In this document: positions 1 through 8,221 of the stretch, in pieces
Position numbering within the stretch: the first letter of the stretch is position 1
Layout of the letters: each line of letters starts with the position of its first letter
Source of the DNA: a virus
Lineage: Duplodnaviria > Caudoviricetes
Strand: one strand, 5' to 3'
Virus record (IMG/VR): IMGVR_UViG_3300025608_000722
Span: 15,933 to 79,932 of that record
Length of the DNA: 64,000 nt
Notes under the pieces: generated by a model
What the model was told of the DNA's origin: nothing
Database searches by the model: none
Seen by the model: only the letters and a program-made list of their open reading frames with translations
Translations under genes and position numbers: made by a program

Positions 1-22
1 AAACACTAAACCTAAAATTAAC

Positions 23-1456
23 TTACGCATAATCTATTTTCCTTTTTGATGTTAGTCCCCAAATTAGTGTTACAATTATTGCAAAAACTAATCCTAGGAA
101 TATTGGTTTATCTAACAGTTTATCAACTGTATAAAGTCCAGACATTTGGACTGTAAGTGCCTCAATTCTATCAGATAGAATAAAAGCAAATAGCAGTGCA
201 GGTCTGCTAAATTTGTATTGCTTGGCTAGTAGTCCTATTACACTACACAATGCAAGCATTAAATAATCTTCCCAACCGCCTGTATATTGTACACAAGCAA
301 GTACTATAAAACCCAACAGCAACGGAAAGTAATATTTGTAGGGTATTTGTGCTATCCGGGCTATAAAAGGTGTCGTAAACAAGCATAGAGCGCCTACAAG
401 CACGGTTGCAAGCATAAAGCCGTATAACATACTATCAAAAAATTTAGCGTCATTAGCAAGCTCTAAAGTACCTAATTCAAAATTTAAGTATGCAAATAGA
501 GCCATTACAATAGCGGCAAAAGGTGCACCTGGAATACCAAACAATACTGTAGGAATCATGCTGGTTGCTTTTTGTGAATTGTTAGCACCCTCTGGTCCTA
601 TAACACCTTTAATGTTTCCGTTACCAAACTTGTCTTTAGGATGACTTGCAACAGTTGAACTATATGCCATCCAATCTGCAACTGCTCCTCCTAGTCCAGG
701 TAATAAGCCGACAAATGCGCCAATAATCCCTCCACGTAATGCATCCCATTTATTATTCCATACAGCAATTATTCCTTCTTTAGTTTGTATACTATTTGCA
801 ATTAATGGGTTACTGGTATTTGTACGTTGTGTAAGACCGCTTAATAATTCTGGAATGGCAAACAAACCAGCAACTAACGGCATTAATTGTATACCTGCGC
901 CTAAATATTCCCAACCGCCAGTCCAGCGGTCTGCGTTAGTTGCAGGATCAACTCCTATTAAACCTATGAACAAACCAAAGCACAATGCAACCATACTTCT
1001 AATCCAAAACTTATTTGTTACAAATGTCACACATACTAATGCTAGTAGTGTAAATGCCCATAGCTCTGGAACACCGAATATCATTATTAGATCAGTGTAA
1101 TAAGGCAACAGAAAGAATGTAAGAGATCCCCACAGTAATCCGTTTAGTGTACTTGTGGTTACTGCGGCACTGATAGCATACGTTGCTTTACCTTGTAATG
1201 CTAACGGAAAGCCATCTACCATAGTTGCCGCGGCTGAGTTTGCACCAGGTATTCCTAACAGTACACCTGTGTAAGTATCACCTGTTGTACTTGCGGCTAC
1301 TACTGCCATAACAAATATAACTGCTAGATAAGGATCTGGAAATAAAGTAATAAATGAAAATACAAATATTAAACCTGTAGTTGCTCCGGCACCGGGCAGG
1401 ATACCAATTATTAATCCATAAAATGTTCCTGCTAGTAGTGTCAATATTGAAGTCAC
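23..1456 (-). CDS. tctA: Tripartite tricarboxylate transporter large permease (TctA family)
   Basis: 477 aa, very hydrophobic. Two TctA-type G-x-x-PGxG repeats (GILPGAGATTG; GLLPGLGGAVA), plus GIPGANSAAATMVDGFPLA and GPEGANNS...IPTVLFGIPG. GTG start with AAGGAG RBS. Confidence 0.85.
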   Translation of the reverse strand: MTSILTLLAGTFYGLIIGILPGAGATTGLIFVFSFITLFPDPYLAVIFVMAVVAASTTGDTYTGVLLGIPGANSAAATMVDGFPLALQGKATYAISAAVTTSTLNGLLWGSLTFFLLPYYTDLIMIFGVPELWAFTLLALVCVTFVTNKFWIRSMVALCFGLFIGLIGVDPATNADRWTGGWEYLGAGIQLMPLVAGLFAIPELLSGLTQRTNTSNPLIANSIQTKEGIIAVWNNKWDALRGGIIGAFVGLLPGLGGAVADWMAYSSTVASHPKDKFGNGNIKGVIGPEGANNSQKATSMIPTVLFGIPGAPFAAIVMALFAYLNFELGTLELANDAKFFDSMLYGFMLATVLVGALCLFTTPFIARIAQIPYKYYFPLLLGFIVLACVQYTGGWEDYLMLALCSVIGLLAKQYKFSRPALLFAFILSDRIEALTVQMSGLYTVDKLLDKPIFLGLVFAIIVTLIWGLTSKRKIDYA

Positions 1457-1470
1457 TCTTTTCTCCTTGT

Positions 1471-1486
1471 ATATAATTAATTATAT
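1471..1486. promoter_or_regulatory. Perfect 16-bp palindrome between divergent genes (possible bidirectional late promoter or operator)
   Basis: ATATAATTAATTATAT is its own reverse complement and presents TATAATTA (one mismatch to T4 late TATAAATA) on both strands. Confidence 0.4.
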
Positions 1487-1524
1487 CAGAAGAACATTTT
1501 TTTGAAAAAATGTGGAGAAAAATT

Positions 1525-2250
1525 ATGAATACACGAATTTTTTCGTTAGTTATGAAAAATTTAGAACAAACCTTCAATTTACCTAAGTACAAAGGTTTAC
1601 AATTAACCAAAGATAGTGTAGTAGATGATCTACCATTTACACCTGTACGTAAAGAAAAATTCGCACAGAATATTATGCACGAGTTAGATATCGAACACTT
1701 AGATTTAACTGGAACTATTGAACAGTTTGTACAATCATTGGATACTTTTTATATGAAAAGATTCTTTGGCGAAATTTGGAAACCTAATACCGACAATCAT
1801 ACTTACAGCGGATGGAGTATTGTTGAGCGAATTAACAAACAAAATCCACGCAATGTGTTAGACTTCGGATGCGGATATAATCAATTTAAACCACGTATTG
1901 CTAATCTAACAGGTATTGATCCGTTTAATGACAATGCAGACTATATGGTAGACATCCTAGAGTTTAATGTAGATGAAAAATATGATCACATGATTGTATT
2001 CGGTAGTTTAAACTTTGGTGATGAAAACGATATCCGTACAAGATTTGATAAGTTGTATAATTTATTAGACACCGGTGGTAGAATGTACTTTAGAGTTAAT
2101 CCGGGAATATTATGGCCTAAAGGTCCGTATGTAGATATATTTCCTTGGACTTTTGAGTTTGCTTATAAACTGGCTAAAGAATATAACTGTAGTTTAGAAC
2201 AATACAAAAAAGATAATAGTCGACTTTATTTTGAATTACTAAAGATGTGA
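1525..2250 (+). CDS. Class I SAM-dependent methyltransferase with an N-terminal degenerate acyl-carrier-like domain
   Basis: VLDFGCG motif I, GIDP motif II, YDHMIVFGSLNF. Start moved from 1510 to ATG 1525 because GGAGA lies at 1514-1518. Confidence 0.7.
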   Translation: MNTRIFSLVMKNLEQTFNLPKYKGLQLTKDSVVDDLPFTPVRKEKFAQNIMHELDIEHLDLTGTIEQFVQSLDTFYMKRFFGEIWKPNTDNHTYSGWSIVERINKQNPRNVLDFGCGYNQFKPRIANLTGIDPFNDNADYMVDILEFNVDEKYDHMIVFGSLNFGDENDIRTRFDKLYNLLDTGGRMYFRVNPGILWPKGPYVDIFPWTFEFAYKLAKEYNCSLEQYKKDNSRLYFELLKM

Positions 2251-2967
2251 CACGTCTTTAGAAAACTTTACTGTTTTTCTAAATGCCATCTCATTAAACT
2301 CAAGATCAAATTTTTCACATAACGTCACAAAAAAATCCTTGTCGTATAATTGAGAAACTTCTTTGATAATAAAATCTTTATCATCTGTCTTTTGTTTATA
2401 ACCTTCTATTTGTGCAGTAAGATCGTTGACTAAACATTCTTTAAATGTTATTCCTTGTTCATTTGCTTTATCAGTATACAAATCTTTAAAAAGATAGTTT
2501 CTATTACGTGGATCAACATAATAATGACATGTACTGTTTATCCATCTAGTATATAATAATTCTATATCTTCAGGAATAATTACAAAATGTTTTGCAGGAT
2601 TAAAAAAATTCTTTACTCTATCTAAATCAGAATGTAGTGTATACACAAAATTATTAGGATAGAGACGTTGCTTCCATGTTTCAATTTCATCTTGTGAATA
2701 TTCTCTTCCTTGCTTTTCGGCCATATCTAATACAGGAGGAATAGTTTTATCACAAACTCCTTTACCTAATGCACCTCTAAATCTTTTATTAAAATGTAAT
2801 CTCGAAAAGTTAGCATCGTTTATAATATTAAAAGAGTCCCAAGGGTTGATTCCATTTTGTATATGATCGTACCAACTTACATTATTACAACTAGAAATAA
2901 TTCTTCCTGCAATATGTCCGCCTGATCCCATAGGAAAATTAATTGTAATTGCATTATTATACATCAA
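2239..2967 (-). CDS. Hypothetical protein, possibly sulfotransferase-like P-loop fold
   Basis: 242-aa ORF coupled to its neighbours. The N-terminal strand-loop-helix ITINFPMGSGGHIAGRII resembles a PAPS-binding loop. Weak similarity only. Confidence 0.4.
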   Translation of the reverse strand: MMYNNAITINFPMGSGGHIAGRIISSCNNVSWYDHIQNGINPWDSFNIINDANFSRLHFNKRFRGALGKGVCDKTIPPVLDMAEKQGREYSQDEIETWKQRLYPNNFVYTLHSDLDRVKNFFNPAKHFVIIPEDIELLYTRWINSTCHYYVDPRNRNYLFKDLYTDKANEQGITFKECLVNDLTAQIEGYKQKTDDKDFIIKEVSQLYDKDFFVTLCEKFDLEFNEMAFRKTVKFSKDVSHL

Positions 2968-3634
2968 GTCTTCCTAAATAATATAATCCCTTATTCCTGT
3001 ATGTTACAAGATCACCTGTTGCAAACCAATCGTCATGTATACACATCGGACTTTTTACATATAACTGGTTTTCTTTAACTCTATAATCACACCAAAATGT
3101 GTTGCCCAAAATATTATCTTCTGCTGTATCGCCAGGTTTATACAATTTATTAATAACACAAGGACCAATTTCACTCATACCCCAATTCGCCAAAACTGTT
3201 GCGCCACGGTCTATAAATGCTTGTATATGATGTTTTGGAATTGGATCACTGCCCATTGCAACAAATTTACCCGTTAAATCAGCTGTTTTAAAGCTCTTAG
3301 TGCTTAGTAGTGCTTCACACATAGCAGGAGCAATAAACGTGTGTGTATGACGCTTAAAACGCTTTAAAAAGCTATATGCATTGAACTTTTCAATTGTTAT
3401 ATCGCACCCTAGTGTATATGCCGGTAAACTTTGAAGTAATAATCCACCTGCATGAGTCATTCTAGTAACTGTATACACACTGCTATTTTTGGTTAGATTT
3501 TGGGCAGTAATTGCAGTATCGATACAGTGTTTTAAATTTTCAGGACTTCTATATATAGATTTTGGAGATCCTGTAGTACCACTACTGCTTATAGTGCATC
3601 CATTTTTAAGAACATCTTCAAAATTCAGTTCCAT
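2957..3634 (-). CDS. Minimal adenylate-forming (ANL/AMP-binding) enzyme
   Basis: SSSGTTGSPKS (A3), WGMSE (A5), WFATGDL (A7), YYLGRLD (A8). Only 225 aa. Confidence 0.8.
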   Translation of the reverse strand: MELNFEDVLKNGCTISSSGTTGSPKSIYRSPENLKHCIDTAITAQNLTKNSSVYTVTRMTHAGGLLLQSLPAYTLGCDITIEKFNAYSFLKRFKRHTHTFIAPAMCEALLSTKSFKTADLTGKFVAMGSDPIPKHHIQAFIDRGATVLANWGMSEIGPCVINKLYKPGDTAEDNILGNTFWCDYRVKENQLYVKSPMCIHDDWFATGDLVTYRNKGLYYLGRLDV

Positions 3635-4454
3635 ACTCTACCTTTTTCTTTTCGTATTCTTTAATAAGCATTTCGGTAATAGGTCCGGAGCGAACTGGCG
3701 TTACGCCGCCACTAGAACTTGTTAAAAAGATTTCGTCCATGTTGTCCCAATCTTCTGCTGATATGTCAGTTCGGTCGAAATCAATTTTTTGTTCTTTAGC
3801 AATATCTTCGACAACACTCATAGTAACACCTTTAAGACAATTCCTCGCAGGTGTACAAATTCCTATAGTATCAACAAATCCAATATTAAATCCCGGGCCT
3901 TCAGTAATATTATCATCGCTATCAACTAATACACAAGTATCGTATCCTTCAGGAACTTTACGCTGAGCCATTGTTAATTCAATCCAGCTCATGTTTTTAT
4001 ATTCTTGTCCAAAGTGTATATCGTCAACTCGGTAAGATTCTTTATCTAGATAAACATTAACAACGTCTTTATTAGCAAGTGGATAGCTAGGCTTAATATA
4101 CATTGCAAAATTTATTGGACAATTTTCTAAGTCTCTTGGATTACCACTGGGCGGAAAGCCTCTCCAGATCATAAACCATACAAACGCATTTTCAATTGGA
4201 TTGCGTCTAGCAAGTTCTTTAATGATCTCTAGAGGATCTACGTCTGGAATTGTAAGTCCATAGCGTTTAGCACTGTTCTTAAATCTTTGTAAATGTCGTT
4301 CATAACAGAATGCTTTGCCGTTATATACGGGCATAACATCATAAGTAGCATCACAGTGAATAAACCCAAAGTCTAAAACACTAGGTCCTATTTCTCCTAG
4401 CGGCTTATATTCACCATTCTTATATGCTATTAAATCTAATACGTTAGTCATCAA
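3618..4454 (-). CDS. PLP-dependent aminotransferase class IV, (R)-amine transaminase-like
   Basis: LDFGFIHCDATYDV, HLQRF, YKNMSW (PLP lysine), TEGPGFN, LKGVT, FLTSS. Confidence 0.85.
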   Translation of the reverse strand: MMTNVLDLIAYKNGEYKPLGEIGPSVLDFGFIHCDATYDVMPVYNGKAFCYERHLQRFKNSAKRYGLTIPDVDPLEIIKELARRNPIENAFVWFMIWRGFPPSGNPRDLENCPINFAMYIKPSYPLANKDVVNVYLDKESYRVDDIHFGQEYKNMSWIELTMAQRKVPEGYDTCVLVDSDDNITEGPGFNIGFVDTIGICTPARNCLKGVTMSVVEDIAKEQKIDFDRTDISAEDWDNMDEIFLTSSSGGVTPVRSGPITEMLIKEYEKKKVEYGTEF

Positions 4455-4701
4455 AATGTACCTTCTTTAATTGAGGATCATCAGGCAATTTTTCTTTGAG
4501 GACTTTTAAACGATTAATTCTCCATTCAAGGAGTTTAAAATCTAATACCCAAGGAAAAATTGCGTGAATCAAACTTCCTATAGTTACTGCTAACAAAAAG
4601 AAAAATTCGTTCATTGCTAAACGAAAATGCCACCAATAGCCTGCATCAGGCTTACCAGCTTTATTTTTTGCTTCGTCTAAGTGTTTAGGATTGTACCACA
4701 T
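4444..4701 (-). CDS. Small membrane protein, DUF6356-like
   Basis: YWWHFRLAM...GSLIHAIFPW pattern with one hydrophobic hairpin. Confidence 0.5.
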   Translation of the reverse strand: MWYNPKHLDEAKNKAGKPDAGYWWHFRLAMNEFFFLLAVTIGSLIHAIFPWVLDFKLLEWRINRLKVLKEKLPDDPQLKKVHFDD

Positions 4702-5242
4702 AGTTTCCTTTCAGCAAACTTCTACGTCTAGTGTATTCTTTAATGTTTAACTTCCAGACTGTTTGCTCAGTATAATATAACACCATTTCACTATGTTTGT
4801 CAAGTATTTTTTGCTTTGCTAGTAAGCCCATCAACTTATGATTACGAGCGGCTTTACCATTAGAATGTTCATGGTGTGTGTTTGTGCTAATATATAGTTG
4901 ATCAGTAGGACACCATTCTATGAAACGTGGAATCATTTCACGTTGTGTAATACTGTTCCAGTCGCCTTTGCCTAATCCTTGAAAGGTATCAGTTTGAGGC
5001 AGTTCACAACCTCTAAACATAATGCGCCATGCGTTATCATCAACCTCAGGTAACGGATGGCATCCGGCCACTGCTACTATTTCATTGTCTTTAATTGCAC
5101 AAAAAAATTCACCGTTTTCTTTGCACCAATCAAACTTCATTGCTTTTAAACTTGAATTATTCTCATAACCAAGTTGTTTTGCTTTAGAGCAAAATATTTC
5201 TAGTTTAGGTATGTGTTCATCAGTAATTGTTGTAACAATCAT
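4685..5242 (-). CDS. GNAT-like acyltransferase (putative)
   Basis: FFCAIKDNEIVAVAG strand pair and WRIMFRGC beta4-like segment. ATGA overlap with the upstream gene. Confidence 0.5.
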   Translation of the reverse strand: MIVTTITDEHIPKLEIFCSKAKQLGYENNSSLKAMKFDWCKENGEFFCAIKDNEIVAVAGCHPLPEVDDNAWRIMFRGCELPQTDTFQGLGKGDWNSITQREMIPRFIEWCPTDQLYISTNTHHEHSNGKAARNHKLMGLLAKQKILDKHSEMVLYYTEQTVWKLNIKEYTRRRSLLKGNYVVQS

Positions 5243-5871
5243 AAGTAGCTCAAGTTGTCTGAAATAATGTTTACAGTTTCTTCATTAAGATCTACATTTA
5301 CAACTATCATGTATGAAGGTTTAAAACTAGTATTGAATAGATAATGTGTTTTAAGAGTGTCTACAAAGTATACGCATCCATTATCCCAATTCTCAATTTT
5401 ACCATCAATTATAAAACTAAAATTTGGCGGGTTGACATTTCGTAATGGAATTAGTAATCTAAAACTATCTATTTTTGTAGTCTTGTTATCTCTATGAGGA
5501 GGAAAATATCCGCCTGGGTCGAGTTTTAAAATATGAGTTCTAAAAATATGTTTCTTTAATGGTTCTAGACATGTTTGTAATTCAGGAGATTTATTATACA
5601 CATCTGTGTATGTTTTAAAATCTCTTTCACTATAGTCTGTATTATTCTCTTTATTGTATTCAATTAAACTATCTAGATCAGGAATACCAGACACACCGCC
5701 ATCAAGACTTGTAATACTTAATCCATACCTATTAACAGACTTTCTTGGGTTGTATGGTACATACTCAAAGTCTTGTTCAGTAAGGTTAAGGAACTTATTA
5801 ACATCATTTAGAACAAGATTTAATTTAAACACTGTTCCGTATGCTGTTAAATGGTTGTAGAGGTTAATCAC
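5239..5871 (-). CDS. 2OG-Fe(II) oxygenase, aspartyl/asparaginyl beta-hydroxylase-like
   Basis: ILKLDPGGYFPPHRD (HxD), RLLIPL, YFVDTLKTHYLFN (distal His). GTG start. Confidence 0.75.
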   Translation of the reverse strand: MINLYNHLTAYGTVFKLNLVLNDVNKFLNLTEQDFEYVPYNPRKSVNRYGLSITSLDGGVSGIPDLDSLIEYNKENNTDYSERDFKTYTDVYNKSPELQTCLEPLKKHIFRTHILKLDPGGYFPPHRDNKTTKIDSFRLLIPLRNVNPPNFSFIIDGKIENWDNGCVYFVDTLKTHYLFNTSFKPSYMIVVNVDLNEETVNIISDNLSYL

Positions 5872-5898
5872 TTTCGCTAATCCATTCGATATCTTTTA

Positions 5899-5918
5899 GT
5901 AAATATATGTGTATTTAA
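5899..5918. promoter_or_regulatory. Pair of late-promoter-like TAAATA boxes serving divergent genes
   Basis: GTAAATA on + at 5899-5905 and TTAAATA on - at 5912-5918. Confidence 0.4.
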
Positions 5919-5945
5919 TAAGAAAAAAAGGATACACTTTACAAT

Positions 5946-6743
5946 ATGGCATATGTATACAGAAGCAAAGGTTCATATCCTCCTAAGAATCAAAAAATAA
6001 TAGAACATACTTACGCGGCTAAGAGCGGATTAGATGCTATAGTACCTATCAATCCAGAATGGGAGAATATAGGAGTTCAAATAAGCGGAGGTATGGACAG
6101 TGCTTTGCTACTCTATCTAGTAGCAAAGACAGTAAAAGACAACAATTATAATATTAAAGTAAGACCTATACACTTTGATATCCCTACTAAGTTACCTGTA
6201 CAGCCTCTTGCTATTATAAGCAAAGTAGAAGAATTACTAGATTTTAAATTTGGAGATATTATAGAATACGCTATTCCATTAGAGCAGTGTACAAAAGAAG
6301 CAACCATGTCGGGTGTTGGTAAGAAAGAATTTATTATACTTAAAATTAGAGAAATGTTAATGTCTAAAATTGTTAATTTTGAAGTTAACGGAAATACAAA
6401 AAATCCACCTGTTGAATTTAGAAAACATTTTCCAAATGATGAATTTAGACAAAAGAATAGAGATAGAACATTTGACATTTATACAGGACCGTATAATGCA
6501 TCTCCTCTTTCTCATTTAGATAAAGCAGATGTTGTAAGCCTGTATAAAAAATATAACCTAATTGACGAGTTAATGACATTAACATGTTCGTGTGATAACT
6601 GGAGAGATCAGATCATTGCAAAAAAATTAGATATTCCTTGTGGTCAATGTTGGTGGTGTCACGAACGAGCATACGGACTTAGTCAAAATAACATTCAAGA
6701 TCCTACACCTGTAAAGAAATTTGAAGATGAAAATTCCAAGTAA
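5946..6743 (+). CDS. QueC-like PP-loop ATP pyrophosphatase
   Basis: ISGGMDSALL PP-loop and C-terminal TCSC...CGQCWWCHER Zn-site pattern as in QueC. Confidence 0.7.
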   Translation: MAYVYRSKGSYPPKNQKIIEHTYAAKSGLDAIVPINPEWENIGVQISGGMDSALLLYLVAKTVKDNNYNIKVRPIHFDIPTKLPVQPLAIISKVEELLDFKFGDIIEYAIPLEQCTKEATMSGVGKKEFIILKIREMLMSKIVNFEVNGNTKNPPVEFRKHFPNDEFRQKNRDRTFDIYTGPYNASPLSHLDKADVVSLYKKYNLIDELMTLTCSCDNWRDQIIAKKLDIPCGQCWWCHERAYGLSQNNIQDPTPVKKFEDENSK

Positions 6744-7908
6744 AACATTTTGCAGTATGGCGTGGGACCATCAGTTTATCGATCCCACTGGACGTGTGAA
6801 ACCGTGCTGTAGGTTTGCTGAAAAGTTTAGACCCAATGAAAACAATCTCAAAGAAAAAACACTGAGTGAAGTGTTCTACGGAGATTGGATGAATGATATT
6901 CGTGACAAGATGATGAAGGGCGAACAAGTAGAAGGATGCATACGTTGCTATCAAGAAGAAGATGCAGGTAAGCGTAGTTTACGAGAACGTTATCATGATA
7001 ACAAAACATTGCCTATAGACAAGTTAGTCGATCTAGATAATCCTAAGATCGGATGGATCGAACTTGCCATTAGTAATGATTGCAACTTAGCGTGTCGTAT
7101 GTGTGACAGTCGTTATGCGTGGAAGTGGTTCAAAGAAGAACAAGCAATTTATGGCAAGACTTGGAACGAAGTCGAAAAAAGCAAAAGTGACATTGCTAAC
7201 ATATATCCTTTTATAAATGATCTAGTTCATATCAAGTTCACCGGCGGTGAGCCGTTATTAACAAAGGATCAATGGATAGTAGTTGACAAACTAATTGCGG
7301 AGAGAGACTGTAGCGAAATATTTTTAAATTATAGCACTAACTGTACTATTATGCCTAAAGATAGTTGGGTCAAAAAATGGGACAAATTTAAAACAGTCGA
7401 GTTTGCTCTTAGCTTTGATAGTTGTAACAAAGAAGAAAGCGAATATATACGTTGGCCTGCAAAATACGAACTTACTGAAGAAGTAACTAAACGCTTTTTA
7501 GAATTAAAACGTACAAACGGATATAATGTTCTATTACGTAGTACTATTAGTATTTTAAATGTATGGTATATGGCAGAAAGTATGGAGTGGTGGTTTAAAC
7601 ACGATAGCGGCAATGTTATTGTGAATCCAACACATTTAACATATCCAGAAATATTATGTGTTACAGTATTACCTAAACACATCAAGGAACGTGTAACTGC
7701 TAAATTTAACGAGTATCAGAAGAATTCAGATAACATAAAGATAATTAACTCGTTAGAATATATAAAAAATCTTATGAATAGCAAGGATGACAGTCATCTT
7801 CTACCACAGTTACAAACGTATTTAGAAGGCACTGATGCTTATAGAGATCAGGACTTTTACAAAAGTTATCCTCATTTTGCAGATATTTTTGCAACCATTA
7901 AAGATTAA
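6721..7908 (+). CDS. Radical SAM enzyme with N-terminal twitch/SPASM-like domain (subfamily A)
   Basis: CNLACRMC, FTGGEP; N-terminal FCSMAW...PCC...CIRC. Confidence 0.85.
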   Translation: MKMKIPSKTFCSMAWDHQFIDPTGRVKPCCRFAEKFRPNENNLKEKTLSEVFYGDWMNDIRDKMMKGEQVEGCIRCYQEEDAGKRSLRERYHDNKTLPIDKLVDLDNPKIGWIELAISNDCNLACRMCDSRYAWKWFKEEQAIYGKTWNEVEKSKSDIANIYPFINDLVHIKFTGGEPLLTKDQWIVVDKLIAERDCSEIFLNYSTNCTIMPKDSWVKKWDKFKTVEFALSFDSCNKEESEYIRWPAKYELTEEVTKRFLELKRTNGYNVLLRSTISILNVWYMAESMEWWFKHDSGNVIVNPTHLTYPEILCVTVLPKHIKERVTAKFNEYQKNSDNIKIINSLEYIKNLMNSKDDSHLLPQLQTYLEGTDAYRDQDFYKSYPHFADIFATIKD

Positions 7909-8221
7909 AAATAATATGTTCGTTGATTGTATGAGCGCCGCCTTCATTTTTTATGTCAGCAGGATTTTTACTACAAAACTTCTTACAAGCATAAAAGCAA
8001 TCTGATTTATCCCAACTATTTTCTAGTTTAATCAATGCTTTACTTTTTCTTAGATCCTGTATAGATTTATTTTGTGTATGCAATTCTTCTAAATCTTCTC
8101 CAAGAAATTCTTTTAGATCATCAACATAAGGTTGATTAGCTATCCAACAACAAGGATAATAATAACCGTCGCTATCGATATATTCTGCGGCTTTATTAAT
8201 TTTACAGCGTGGATAGATCAT
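7898..8221 (-). CDS. Stand-alone SPASM/twitch-like Fe-S domain, probably the separated C-terminus of the upstream radical SAM
   Basis: PRC...YIDSDGYYYPCCW...W...CKKFC matches the C-termini of the 313, 333 and 355-aa paralogs. Confidence 0.7.
   Translation of the reverse strand: MIYPRCKINKAAEYIDSDGYYYPCCWIANQPYVDDLKEFLGEDLEELHTQNKSIQDLRKSKALIKLENSWDKSDCFYACKKFCSKNPADIKNEGGAHTINEHIIFNL

Noticed and set aside
5946-7908. QueC plus radical SAM read as a queC-queE deazaguanine DNA-modification pair
   Set aside because: The 395-aa radical SAM has an N-terminal twitch domain and belongs to subfamily A, unlike the compact QueE; no queD, folE or dpdA in the window.
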